Shown here: piece after piece, positions 30,129 to 39,389 of the stretch
Layout of the letters: every line of letters begins with the position of its first letter
Numbering within the stretch: position 1 is the first letter of the stretch
IMG/VR virus record: IMGVR_UViG_3300024239_000013
Span: 248,001-312,000 of that record
Reading direction: 5' to 3' (one strand)
DNA length: 64,000 bases
Position numbers and translations under genes: made by a program
The notes under the pieces: generated by a model
The model's database searches: none
What the model was told of the DNA's origin: nothing
The model's input: the letters and a program-made list of their open reading frames with translations, nothing else

Positions 30129-32711
30129 TTATTCATATTTTATTCTATCTTCAACTTCAGTCGTAAACTTTTTAGCTATTTGGAAAGCTTCACCGTCGGT
30201 CACTCTATATTTTCTAACTCTATCCCCAGGGGATGCAAATTTATTTTTAAGTTTAACTTCTACTATATCTCCTCTGTTATCCTGTAGTGCTTTTGCGAAA
30301 GATATTGCCTTCCATCCTTCTACGCCTAGAACTTCTTTTTCCTTATCTGATAAGAACTTATCTATTAAGTTTATTCCACCAGTTACTGAATTGTCTCTTA
30401 TTATCGTAGAACTTCTTCTATCCTTAATTTTAACATCATTTGGATCAACCTTGATATAATAATCATCAGAAACCTTACCTTCTACTTTATCACCAGAAAC
30501 TTCTGGTTTTTTTTCATCGGTTTTTGGATTTACTACTGTTACGATATCAGATTCTCTTCCGTCTTTTTTATTATCAAGTTTGGCTTTTTTAAATTGATAT
30601 ACACCTCTCTTAGGATTGTTTATATCCTCATTTATGGTATTTGTCTGAACCGAAATCGATTCACCTCTTTTGGCTCCATAGTCACTTGGATCTATAGTAA
30701 AGTTAGTGAATTTTCCAGTTTTATATTTTCTTAATTCTGGATCTGCGTATTCTCTATCAGTAACCCAATATATTGCGACTTTTGCTGGTGTTGATAAATC
30801 GGCTGAAGATAGACTAACAATATCTCCTGATTTTTTATCCTCATTTATACCATAAATTCTATCGCTAAACGAAGAGAAGCTTGTAATGACATCATTTTCA
30901 TTAACAAGGTCCATGTATACTAAGCCACCGTCTTCTGATTCATTCTTTTTAGAACCATTTCCTGAATCTTCTTTAACTTCCTTAGGTATAAATATTTTAT
31001 CGATGTCATCTTTAGAAGTTGATCTTAATTCGTCATTATTCATAAGTCTACCAACAACATTTATTATATCACCTTCATCGTTCTGATAATAAAATTCATA
31101 ATTTTCTGGTGCACTATCATCTGAAATTATAAGTTGATCTGAAGAACTGTCCAAAGCTGTTTTAAAAACATCCCAATCACACATACCCTTAAATTTAAAG
31201 ATAGTTGCTAATTTAGATATTCCGTCAACATAAGATATTTTAAAATCAAGGTCTTCGTTATCGAAAACTCTAGCTATAGTATTTAGAGCACCTTCTTGGT
31301 CATTAACAATGTCGTTATTGTCCAATGCAATTAAAACAAGATCATGTTCTGCAAGTTGTTTCTGTGCTTCTTTAGAATTTATCTGAGTTAATATAAGTAT
31401 GGAGTAATTGTTCTTATCCGCTATTTTAATAAATTCTGCTGTTGTTCTCGTTTCATTGTTAAAAAGGAAACTAGTAACAGTGCCCCATCCTCCTCCTGCT
31501 GGCTGAGACCAACAAACTGTAATAGGTACTCCGATTGGGATTTTTTTAGAATCCATTTCCCTCTGTGCAAATGATTTAACCTCATTATATTTTGGAGCTT
31601 GCTTATCACTAAACCAATTCCAAGCTGATCCTATTACGTCAGTTAAAATAAGTATTTCACCAACAAAAGGAATAAGTTTAGCTCCTCCTTGAGCTGCTCC
31701 TCTTGTAAATCCTTTAGAAAATGCTTTTAAAGCACCCTTTGCTCCAACCTTACCTAATGTATAAGCTGATTTTGCTCCCTTTGCTCCTCTAACTATCGAA
31801 GATCCAATAGTTCTGGTGTTTTTAAGTAAAGCAACATCTTTAGCTCCTCCCCATAGACTTTTTATAGCAGAACCACCATAATTTTTTATCTTATCCATTA
31901 CACCAGGGGGAACCTGAGTTGCATTTTTTGGATTTATTCTAAATCCCGATATACTCTTAAGTAAAAGTGCTCCAGATAATGCTCCACCCGCAGCTTTTAA
32001 TGCTCCAAAAAGAGTGATACTAACCCCACCCATTACTGCTAATATTGATGCATCTTGTATAATTTTTTGAGTAAGACCTTCAGCAGTTTCATTTTCTGGA
32101 ATTTGACCACCGGGATACATCTCATTAACATCAAGAAGCATTATCTTTGATGCAGATTGAGATTTAGTGAAAGATTTCATTTTTACCGCCTTTAAGGTTT
32201 CCTGTATATCTTCTCCAGTATCTGGATCATTTCCACAGATAAAAATTGCCTTTTCCTTTCCATCTAATATTTCACCAGGACTTAAAGTTTCGTCTATTTT
32301 ACCTTCACTCTTTAATTTATTGTAAGCAAAATGGAATTTTATGGCTTCCCTAAATTTAGGATCATCATCAGCAGTATTAGTATCTTCATTCAATTTAGAA
32401 AAATTAGAAAAAGAAATTACTCCGTTATCTAAATCGTTCTCATCTAACGAAACGTTTATATCGTCTAAATTAAAATTATATTTTTCCTTGATGTATTCTG
32501 CAACATTAGAATATTTACTCATATCTTCAGAATCAGCGACCCAAGATCTAGGATTTTTATCAAGCCATTTTTGAAAATCCTCAGATTTTGCCCACCATTG
32601 AAAATCTTCAAAAGATGCACTTTCTGCTCCTTTCATATCAAGGGGAACTGTTAAGAATGGGAAATCGTCTCCGTTTTTATATTCTGTTTTTTTAGGTAGT
32701 AGTATAATCAT
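30129..32711 (-). CDS. large putative head/ejection protein with Gly/Ala-rich hydrophobic segments
   Basis: Internal ISFSNFSKLNED and ITSFSSF..INED motifs; ASILAVMGGVSITLFGAL and LIPFVGEILIL segments. Confidence 0.45.
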   Translation of the reverse strand: MIILLPKKTEYKNGDDFPFLTVPLDMKGAESASFEDFQWWAKSEDFQKWLDKNPRSWVADSEDMSKYSNVAEYIKEKYNFNLDDINVSLDENDLDNGVISFSNFSKLNEDTNTADDDPKFREAIKFHFAYNKLKSEGKIDETLSPGEILDGKEKAIFICGNDPDTGEDIQETLKAVKMKSFTKSQSASKIMLLDVNEMYPGGQIPENETAEGLTQKIIQDASILAVMGGVSITLFGALKAAGGALSGALLLKSISGFRINPKNATQVPPGVMDKIKNYGGSAIKSLWGGAKDVALLKNTRTIGSSIVRGAKGAKSAYTLGKVGAKGALKAFSKGFTRGAAQGGAKLIPFVGEILILTDVIGSAWNWFSDKQAPKYNEVKSFAQREMDSKKIPIGVPITVCWSQPAGGGWGTVTSFLFNNETRTTAEFIKIADKNNYSILILTQINSKEAQKQLAEHDLVLIALDNNDIVNDQEGALNTIARVFDNEDLDFKISYVDGISKLATIFKFKGMCDWDVFKTALDSSSDQLIISDDSAPENYEFYYQNDEGDIINVVGRLMNNDELRSTSKDDIDKIFIPKEVKEDSGNGSKKNESEDGGLVYMDLVNENDVITSFSSFSDRIYGINEDKKSGDIVSLSSADLSTPAKVAIYWVTDREYADPELRKYKTGKFTNFTIDPSDYGAKRGESISVQTNTINEDINNPKRGVYQFKKAKLDNKKDGRESDIVTVVNPKTDEKKPEVSGDKVEGKVSDDYYIKVDPNDVKIKDRRSSTIIRDNSVTGGINLIDKFLSDKEKEVLGVEGWKAISFAKALQDNRGDIVEVKLKNKFASPGDRVRKYRVTDGEAFQIAKKFTTEVEDRIKYE

Positions 32712-32713
32712 TT

Positions 32714-33514
32714 CTATTTTTCTGTGTAAATTTTATCGTATGATTTTGAAATAATATTTATCAATTTTTCTATATATCCTTCATTTCTAAGCTTTTTAAA
32801 TGCTAGGTTTCCTATAGACATTTCTCCTCCTTTTTCTAACCCCTCTCTTCTCATTTTAAATATTTTTTTCTTCATCGTAAGACATCTCTTATAAAGTTGT
32901 CTAGCATTTGAAGGTATCATCGAGTCAACAAGAAGTCTTGAATGTAATTGTTCTATGTCAGAAACTATGGAATTATATTTCTTTTCAACATCTCTCTCGT
33001 CTATTGAAGGTGGATTATATGATGGAGATTTTATCCATTCATTTTTTAAAAGAGAAAAGAGAGCAGATGCTGTATGTGGTTCTGATTCGTCCTGTACGTA
33101 AAGTTCAACGTCATAACCTCTAATAACGATATCATGTCTAAGATTCCACATGAATCTAATCCCACCTATGGCTTTTTTTAGTATTTGAGGATTGTCATCA
33201 TCAATACCTTTAAGGTTAACTATAATATGAACGTCAAGATCAGAAAAATCTGTGTAGTTGTAATTTGATAAAGATCCAGTTAATTGTATATCAACAATAT
33301 CCTTTTGTTTTAATACATCTTCATAATTAGAAAAAAATTCATTGGCTATCCTAAGTAGCTTTCTTCTAACTCTCTGGTCAAATACCCATTTATCCTTCTT
33401 CTTAGTCCAAAAAACTGGAGCCAACTCATCATGGTAGAAAGAATTTACCTTTCCTTCATTTAATGAATTGCTTCTTTTATTTAAAAATCTATTAAACTCT
33501 AATAATCTATCCAC
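32714..33514 (-). CDS. Pol-beta superfamily nucleotidyltransferase with CTS-like leader
   Basis: TGSLSNYNYTDFSDLDVHI (GS..DxD) and VELYVQD; GTG start; MDRLLEFNRF..LNEG. Confidence 0.75.
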   Translation of the reverse strand: MDRLLEFNRFLNKRSNSLNEGKVNSFYHDELAPVFWTKKKDKWVFDQRVRRKLLRIANEFFSNYEDVLKQKDIVDIQLTGSLSNYNYTDFSDLDVHIIVNLKGIDDDNPQILKKAIGGIRFMWNLRHDIVIRGYDVELYVQDESEPHTASALFSLLKNEWIKSPSYNPPSIDERDVEKKYNSIVSDIEQLHSRLLVDSMIPSNARQLYKRCLTMKKKIFKMRREGLEKGGEMSIGNLAFKKLRNEGYIEKLINIISKSYDKIYTEK

Positions 33515-33519
33515 AAAAA

Positions 33520-33553
33520 AAAAGCTTTTCTCTATATATCGAGAAAAGCTTTT
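33520..33553 (-). terminator. terminator hairpin whose loop is the late promoter motif
   Basis: AAAAGCTTTTCTC-GATATATA-GAGAAAAGCTTTT then T-run on minus strand. Confidence 0.8.
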
Positions 33554-33572
33554 AATGTATTTGATTTTTTTA

Positions 33573-34274
33573 CTAGAAGCAGATTTTTTTCATGATAAGC
33601 ATTAATGTTCTAACGTCGGACTCACAATATCTTGATATCTTCAAGTGATCTTTGTCCAACCAATACGTTTCATTTACTTTGGATCCATCAAGATCTCCTT
33701 TAGGAGATTCTATATTTAGGGAGCAGGCTAATAAATCTAAGCTAAGATATTTTTGTTGAACCCAGCTACCAAATGAAAATATCTCAGAGGTATCAACATA
33801 AGGGATTTCCCATGGTTTTTTGTCCCATACTTGTAAATTTCCTGATGGATTTATTCCATTGAATATCATTCTTTTACCAAGACATGGAACATCAAATCCC
33901 TTAATATTATGACCACACAATTTCCAATTTTTGGCCATTGCATTATTGAATATCTTGTTGGTTTTGTTTAGTATATCAACCTCATCGTCACCATAAAAAG
34001 ATTTAAACGACATTTCACCATCCGCACTAAAAGATCCAAAACTAACACATACAACTTTTGAAAATTCGGGTTCTAGAGATCCTTTTTGTAAAAATATTTC
34101 ACTGTCAGATGCTTTTTCTAGCTCTATATTAGATCCTCTATAATAATTTGCTCTCTTAGTCCAAAGAAGAGCAAGTCTAGGATTTAAATATTCCATGGAT
34201 GAGTAGGATTCGTATGCGCATGCTGTCTCTACATCAAAATAAAGTAGATTTTGTATTACTTCTTTTTTAAACAT
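33573..34274 (-). CDS. PolB-related 3'-5' exonuclease (DEDD)
   Basis: YFDVET, GHNIKGFDVP, YCESDV. Confidence 0.8.
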   Translation of the reverse strand: MFKKEVIQNLLYFDVETACAYESYSSMEYLNPRLALLWTKRANYYRGSNIELEKASDSEIFLQKGSLEPEFSKVVCVSFGSFSADGEMSFKSFYGDDEVDILNKTNKIFNNAMAKNWKLCGHNIKGFDVPCLGKRMIFNGINPSGNLQVWDKKPWEIPYVDTSEIFSFGSWVQQKYLSLDLLACSLNIESPKGDLDGSKVNETYWLDKDHLKISRYCESDVRTLMLIMKKICF

Positions 34275-34291
34275 AAAAAATTATTTTTAAG

Positions 34292-34299
34292 CAAATTTA
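34292..34299 (-). promoter_or_regulatory. Bacteroidota-type -7 element TAAATTTG (exonuclease)
   Basis: Matches TAnnTTTG; 17 nt before ATG. Confidence 0.55.
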
Positions 34300-34322
34300 A
34301 TAAAAATTCCCGAGAATAAAAA

Positions 34323-35225
34323 TTATTTTTTTAAAATTTTATTTATTATAGTAGGAGGAAGAGCTTTATAGGTTTTCATATATTTAATATATGATAGTTC
34401 TCTTTTAGGTGAATCTATTATAACATCACAATCTAAACCAAAAGTAGGTATTCTTCTGCTTAAAAATTGTACTGGATTTGGTGAAATAGAAATTCCGTTT
34501 TCATTTATTTCCTCAGATTCGGAATGTATATAAAAAGGTTTTTGACCGGGTCTCCATGTGGAAGCAGCTAAGAATAGTGCTTCTCTTATCGAGAGTCCAC
34601 CGTCATTAAATTGATGAGGAAGAGATCTGAAACAAAGAGGAATTCCAGATTCATAATATATTCCAGAAAGAAGATCAGTGATTGAAAATAAACTTGGCTT
34701 ATCGTCATTTGTTACACATAACTTCTGTCTAGTTCTATCAGATAACAATGAAAGTCTCTCGCAAAACAATTTCATCGTTTGTTTTCTGTTGCCATAAGCA
34801 GATCCAATTCTAACTATTATAGATGGATAATTAATGCCGAGAAGGTCTAGTATAGAACTCAATCGGTTTAAAAATAATACACTATTTTCTTTTACCGATT
34901 CTATTTGACTTCCTAAGAAATGTTCCTTCCCTACAAAAAAACAAATCTTTAGAGAATTCTTGTTAATTAATGAATTTATAGAATTTATTCTTGACGATAT
35001 CTCAGGATCCTCTTCCTCTATAACATCCAGGAAAAAAGATTCATGAAAATCAATTTCACCAACATCTAAACAAACAATATTTGCATGGATCCGTGAATTT
35101 ATTACACAAACATCCAATATTAACGAAAGTATATCCTTATAAGAGGTTATTGTAAAGTCCCCCTTTATATGTTCTCTTGGAATTCCAAGATATGAAATAT
35201 TCGGTTGATTATTTCCAGATAACAT
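34323..35225 (-). CDS. uvsE: UV damage endonuclease UvsE-like (divergent)
   Basis: IGSAYGNRK, TNDDK, HQFNDG, AASTW..PFYIHSE. Confidence 0.6.
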   Translation of the reverse strand: MLSGNNQPNISYLGIPREHIKGDFTITSYKDILSLILDVCVINSRIHANIVCLDVGEIDFHESFFLDVIEEEDPEISSRINSINSLINKNSLKICFFVGKEHFLGSQIESVKENSVLFLNRLSSILDLLGINYPSIIVRIGSAYGNRKQTMKLFCERLSLLSDRTRQKLCVTNDDKPSLFSITDLLSGIYYESGIPLCFRSLPHQFNDGGLSIREALFLAASTWRPGQKPFYIHSESEEINENGISISPNPVQFLSRRIPTFGLDCDVIIDSPKRELSYIKYMKTYKALPPTIINKILKK

Positions 35226-35237
35226 TTATTTTTTACT

Positions 35238-35266
35238 ATTGTATCTGAATAACAGTAAATAGTTTC
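35238..35266 (-). promoter_or_regulatory. middle-type promoter GAAAC-N18-TACAAT (uvsE)
   Basis: Read directly. Confidence 0.65.
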
Positions 35267-35271
35267 GCTAG

Positions 35272-35751
35272 TTATCCACCAGTAGTTTCCAAGCCAAGTT
35301 CGTTTGAGCTATATACAGTATCTGAATTGTAAGCAGATCCTGGTATTTCGTTATTTTTATATTTTGAAAGGGTTTCCATGTTACCGTGATCCCCACCTTC
35401 TGCAAATTTAACGGTGTCACTTTTAACCTCAATAACGCTTTCTGTTTTTTTACCGTCAGTATAAACTTGTATAAAATATCTATATTGCTGATTATCAGGA
35501 TTTCTAAAAGCTCTAACTATTACACCAATAACCTTCTTCTTTGAATTCAATGGCTGAGCAGTGATAACATCACCCAATTGAAATTGTGAACCCTTAACAG
35601 TTCTATCCACATTAGGATCTGGGCCAACGGAAACCGAAAGATCACTGAATGGCTTATAATTTATTTTAAATACACCATTGGCTCCGCCATATCCATAGCT
35701 GTCTCCAAATGCATTGCTATCAAATTCATTTATTGAGATTATGTGTTTCAT
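35272..35751 (-). CDS. hypothetical protein with CTS-like leader
   Basis: MKHIISINEF. Confidence 0.5.
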   Translation of the reverse strand: MKHIISINEFDSNAFGDSYGYGGANGVFKINYKPFSDLSVSVGPDPNVDRTVKGSQFQLGDVITAQPLNSKKKVIGVIVRAFRNPDNQQYRYFIQVYTDGKKTESVIEVKSDTVKFAEGGDHGNMETLSKYKNNEIPGSAYNSDTVYSSNELGLETTGG

Positions 35752-35752
35752 A

Positions 35753-36301
35753 TTAATTAATGTCGGGATTTTCCGAGTTATTTTGAAGCTTTATAACTTC
35801 TTTTATCTTAGAAGCTAATTCATATTGTTCATTGTCAATAGCCTTTTTGAACATAATCTCGAGTTTATTCTCATCGGAATCCTCAAATTTATTATTCTTA
35901 TATTGAGAATTTTCTATAGTTAGGACCCTTTGTGGAGAGTAGATGACTTCTAGTGTAGAATCTAGTACAATCTCTTCGAATTCCGCTTCTTCATCATCAT
36001 ATTGTTCCATCAGCTGGTTTAATGATTCTTCGGTCCATTCTGCATTGTTCCAGAAAATCATCCAATACCCATAAATTAATTCGGAAAGATCATTTTCTAT
36101 GACGTATTTTAATAGGCATTTTAGCTCATTTTTTATATCTGATTTGGTTATACCGGTATCAAAAGATTTTCTCTTAATTCCAGGTATAGCAGAGGTTCCG
36201 TCTCCGACACCTTTTTTAAAGCAAGTATTTACCGCATAAATAGAATCCCAGTCTAGACTAGAAATTACTTTTTCGATTAATTTATTGTTGGGCTTTTTCA
36301 T
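35753..36301 (-). CDS. hypothetical protein with C-terminal UVR (UvrB/C) motif
   Basis: LEIMFKKAIDNEQYELASKIKEVI. Confidence 0.6.
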   Translation of the reverse strand: MKKPNNKLIEKVISSLDWDSIYAVNTCFKKGVGDGTSAIPGIKRKSFDTGITKSDIKNELKCLLKYVIENDLSELIYGYWMIFWNNAEWTEESLNQLMEQYDDEEAEFEEIVLDSTLEVIYSPQRVLTIENSQYKNNKFEDSDENKLEIMFKKAIDNEQYELASKIKEVIKLQNNSENPDIN

Positions 36302-36317
36302 TTTTTTATATATCCTT

Positions 36318-36731
36318 TTATCTTCCTATTTGCTCTGCTATATCGGATATCCATTTCTGGTATCTTTCTGGATAGAAACTTTTTAACTGTAAAAGATCTT
36401 TTTTTGTAATTTTGTATTTTTCCCTTATTAAATCTTCAATATCAGGTAATTCTTTTACTGAATCTATCTTCTCCTTTTCTAATTTTTTAGTTTTTGTATA
36501 TATCCAAGTTGGAGGTTTGCTGTATCTGTGAGATAGATTGTCTCTCCACCAATCTACTACCGGAGGGGAGACAACCTTTAATTTATTGAATTGATTAGCC
36601 TGTATGGGAAATTGTATCGACATGATTCGATTGACCATAAAAAAATTCTTAGACTTATCAAATTTACCTACAGTTTTCCAAACTTTATCGTCACTTGAAA
36701 ATATATTTTTTATTAAAGTAAATAATTCCAT
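36318..36731 (-). CDS. clamp loader small subunit gp62-like (tentative)
   Basis: FFMVNRIMS resembles gp62 motif; same operon as gp44. Confidence 0.4.
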   Translation of the reverse strand: MELFTLIKNIFSSDDKVWKTVGKFDKSKNFFMVNRIMSIQFPIQANQFNKLKVVSPPVVDWWRDNLSHRYSKPPTWIYTKTKKLEKEKIDSVKELPDIEDLIREKYKITKKDLLQLKSFYPERYQKWISDIAEQIGR

Positions 36732-36736
36732 TGTTA

Positions 36737-37885
36737 TTAATTTAGAAAATTTTCAAAAGGATCAAATCCTTTAGGTTGGTATCCACTAGTTACCCATTCG
36801 GTTCCTTCTAATATTTTTATTCTATCTAGAGTTACTGATCTTTTTTCAATATTAGATCCTCTCTCAATCTCACTTAAACAACCTTTAGCTACAAAATCTG
36901 GTATCATACTTCGATCCAACCACATCAATTTAAAGTTCCTAATTATATTAGATTTAACTTTTACCCTGTTTTCTGTACTATCTACGCCTTTAGAAGTTCG
37001 AATTACAATACCACTAAGCCAATCCAGGAAATTCTCGCTATCTTCGGAATTTAACAAATAGCTAAAACTCTTATCAGACCATTCTGATTCTAGGAATGCA
37101 CCGTAAACAGCTTCTGCTTTTTTTTGTGTGAAATTGACAATCTTATTGTTATTGGTATAAGACCATACACTAGGTACAGAATCTCCTTTATCCCCGATTA
37201 AAATTTTATTAAATATGAAAGGTCTACTTTCAATTTCCTCTATCTGAACTTTCTTAAGAAAATCTTTAAACCTTTCCTTTTCTGGGGAAATTGCAGAAGC
37301 CATATTAAAAATATCAATAGACTCGTTTTTATCCAGCCAATCCTCTTTCCATCCTTTAGGAACCGAAATCACATTTTTCTTAGAGTTATTGTTCCATATC
37401 GTAGTCCACGATTTATTAGAAATTTTTGCTAATTGGTGCAAATCCTTATCACCAGTTATGATTATGCAATTTTCTCCTGCTTCGTTAAAGTGATCTGACC
37501 AGTACATAAGTAAATCGTCACCCTCTGCACCTTCGGTTTTAGAAAAAATGAATCCCATTTTTTCTAATTGGGCACCAAAAGATTGCATGAGATCAAAAAA
37601 TATAGTCCAGTCTACTGCTTCATCTTTTACTCTTCCTGATTTATACCCCCCGTCCTCTATTTCAATATCCTTCCTCCAGCTTCTACTATCAGAAGTAAAA
37701 ATTAATCTTCCCCCTTGTGGGATCATTTTCAGGGAGGAGCAAAGATCGGTAGAAACTTTTCGGATAAATGCAGCTTGTTCAGATTTATCTTTTAAGATTT
37801 TACCAGGATCTACATTTCCATACCCACCAAATATTCCAAAGGTTTTATGAAATATATAATTCCCGTCTATTAATATATTAACCAT
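36737..37885 (-). CDS. rnh: 5'-3' exonuclease / T4 RNase H-like
   Basis: LIDGN, DSRSWRK, EGDD, TGDKDLHQL, GDKGDSVP. Confidence 0.85.
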   Translation of the reverse strand: MVNILIDGNYIFHKTFGIFGGYGNVDPGKILKDKSEQAAFIRKVSTDLCSSLKMIPQGGRLIFTSDSRSWRKDIEIEDGGYKSGRVKDEAVDWTIFFDLMQSFGAQLEKMGFIFSKTEGAEGDDLLMYWSDHFNEAGENCIIITGDKDLHQLAKISNKSWTTIWNNNSKKNVISVPKGWKEDWLDKNESIDIFNMASAISPEKERFKDFLKKVQIEEIESRPFIFNKILIGDKGDSVPSVWSYTNNNKIVNFTQKKAEAVYGAFLESEWSDKSFSYLLNSEDSENFLDWLSGIVIRTSKGVDSTENRVKVKSNIIRNFKLMWLDRSMIPDFVAKGCLSEIERGSNIEKRSVTLDRIKILEGTEWVTSGYQPKGFDPFENFLN

Positions 37886-37893
37886 TTCTTTTA

Positions 37894-38415
37894 TTATATT
37901 TTATATTTATTAACATCTGCCCATTCAACATCTAATTTAAAATTAGGGTCGGTTATTTTATAATCGAAATCAGTAAAGTTTTCAAAATCCTTTTTATCTG
38001 ATTCCAATCTTCTATTTACAGTATCAGCATCTTTCCTATCGGATAATCTTTTTTTTCTTATCTCCTCGTCTATATCAAAATAAACTATAAAAGACTCCTT
38101 TCTATCTTCAGGTTTTAATCTCATGATCCCGGATGGTGTCATTATAAATAAATTGGATTTAGAAAATTCTTCAATAGTTGTTCCGTATAACCATCCATTA
38201 AAAATTACATATTCATAAAATAAATCTTTAGCTATAAAATGATGGTTAGCAGAGTCCATAGATATAAAATGATAATCCTTCCCATCAACCTCACCAATTC
38301 TAGGAGGTCTTGTGGTATGGGATATACAATAGACAAATCCAGATTCCTCCAGAATTTCTCTAGCATAATCTTTTCCTGAAGCTCCTTTACCCACTAATAT
38401 AATTCTTTTCATCAA
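37894..38415 (-). CDS. gmk: guanylate kinase
   Basis: GKGASGKD, SHTTRPPRIGEVDGKDYHF, WLYGT. Confidence 0.88.
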   Translation of the reverse strand: MMKRIILVGKGASGKDYAREILEESGFVYCISHTTRPPRIGEVDGKDYHFISMDSANHHFIAKDLFYEYVIFNGWLYGTTIEEFSKSNLFIMTPSGIMRLKPEDRKESFIVYFDIDEEIRKKRLSDRKDADTVNRRLESDKKDFENFTDFDYKITDPNFKLDVEWADVNKYKI

Positions 38416-39356
38416 TCTATCATTTTTTGTATCTGATAAACTAAGGATAAAAGGGAAACCATCGGATCTATTACCTGTGTTCTTTGAGCTTGATGTTCGG
38501 CCACTAGTATTATAACACCAGGTATTATTTTTTTATGCTCAGGCTTATTGTCGATTATCCATTTTATGAATTCATCTCCTAATGCAGACATTACATCATC
38601 TACCTTACCTTGATATTCACCAACTATAGATTGATAATTCTTGATAGGATCCTTCGAATTTAATATGAGATCGTAAAGAGTCTCGTAAGACCAGCCTAGT
38701 TCCTTCATTTTATTCTGATCTACGGTTTTAACTCCTTCGATAGTCCAACTTTGAATTTTATTTAAAGCTGATCTAAAATCAGGATAATAATTTCTCTGGA
38801 ATTCTAAAAGTGATTCGCTATCGATAGAAATATTCAATTTGCTAAGAATTAAACTAATTCTTTTATTCCATTCTTCTTTTAGTTGGTTTTCTTCTTCAGT
38901 TGTTGCTGGAGTAAAATCTATAACTTCGAATCTACTTTTTATAGCATCTGGGATTTTGTTGATATAGTTACATGTGGATATGAATCTGGTATTTCCAGCA
39001 AATTTCTCGATAGTTCCTCTTAAAGCTTTATGAAACTGATCTGAAACCCCATCAAACTCATCCAATATTACCACTTTTTTTGAAGACTTACCATCCAATA
39101 CAGATATTGTTGAGCAGAAATCATTTATCTTAACTCTAAGGGTTTCTACTGAACTCTCATCTGATCCATTTATGAATATATGGGGATAAGGCGCAGCTAA
39201 AATTTTAGCCAGAGTTGTCTTCCCACACCCCGGAGGTCCACTAAGAAGTACATTTTGATTTAATCCATTTTCAAACACTCTTGAAATTCTTTGAGGCAAT
39301 ATCATATGTCTCAATTCTTTCGGTCTAAGCTTTTCTGTTAATAATTCTTGTATCAT
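38412..39356 (-). CDS. gp44: clamp loader AAA+ subunit, gp44/RFC-like
   Basis: EKLRP, GPPGCGKTT, ILDEFD, SRF, PDFR. Confidence 0.88.
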   Translation of the reverse strand: MIQELLTEKLRPKELRHMILPQRISRVFENGLNQNVLLSGPPGCGKTTLAKILAAPYPHIFINGSDESSVETLRVKINDFCSTISVLDGKSSKKVVILDEFDGVSDQFHKALRGTIEKFAGNTRFISTCNYINKIPDAIKSRFEVIDFTPATTEEENQLKEEWNKRISLILSKLNISIDSESLLEFQRNYYPDFRSALNKIQSWTIEGVKTVDQNKMKELGWSYETLYDLILNSKDPIKNYQSIVGEYQGKVDDVMSALGDEFIKWIIDNKPEHKKIIPGVIILVAEHQAQRTQVIDPMVSLLSLVYQIQKMID

Positions 39357-39360
39357 ACTA

Positions 39361-39389
39361 ATTCTAGTGAATAAATTAATTCTTGTTTC
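39361..39389 (-). promoter_or_regulatory. middle-type promoter GAAAC-N18-TAGAAT (clamp loader operon)
   Basis: Fills the 33-nt intergenic gap. Confidence 0.7.
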
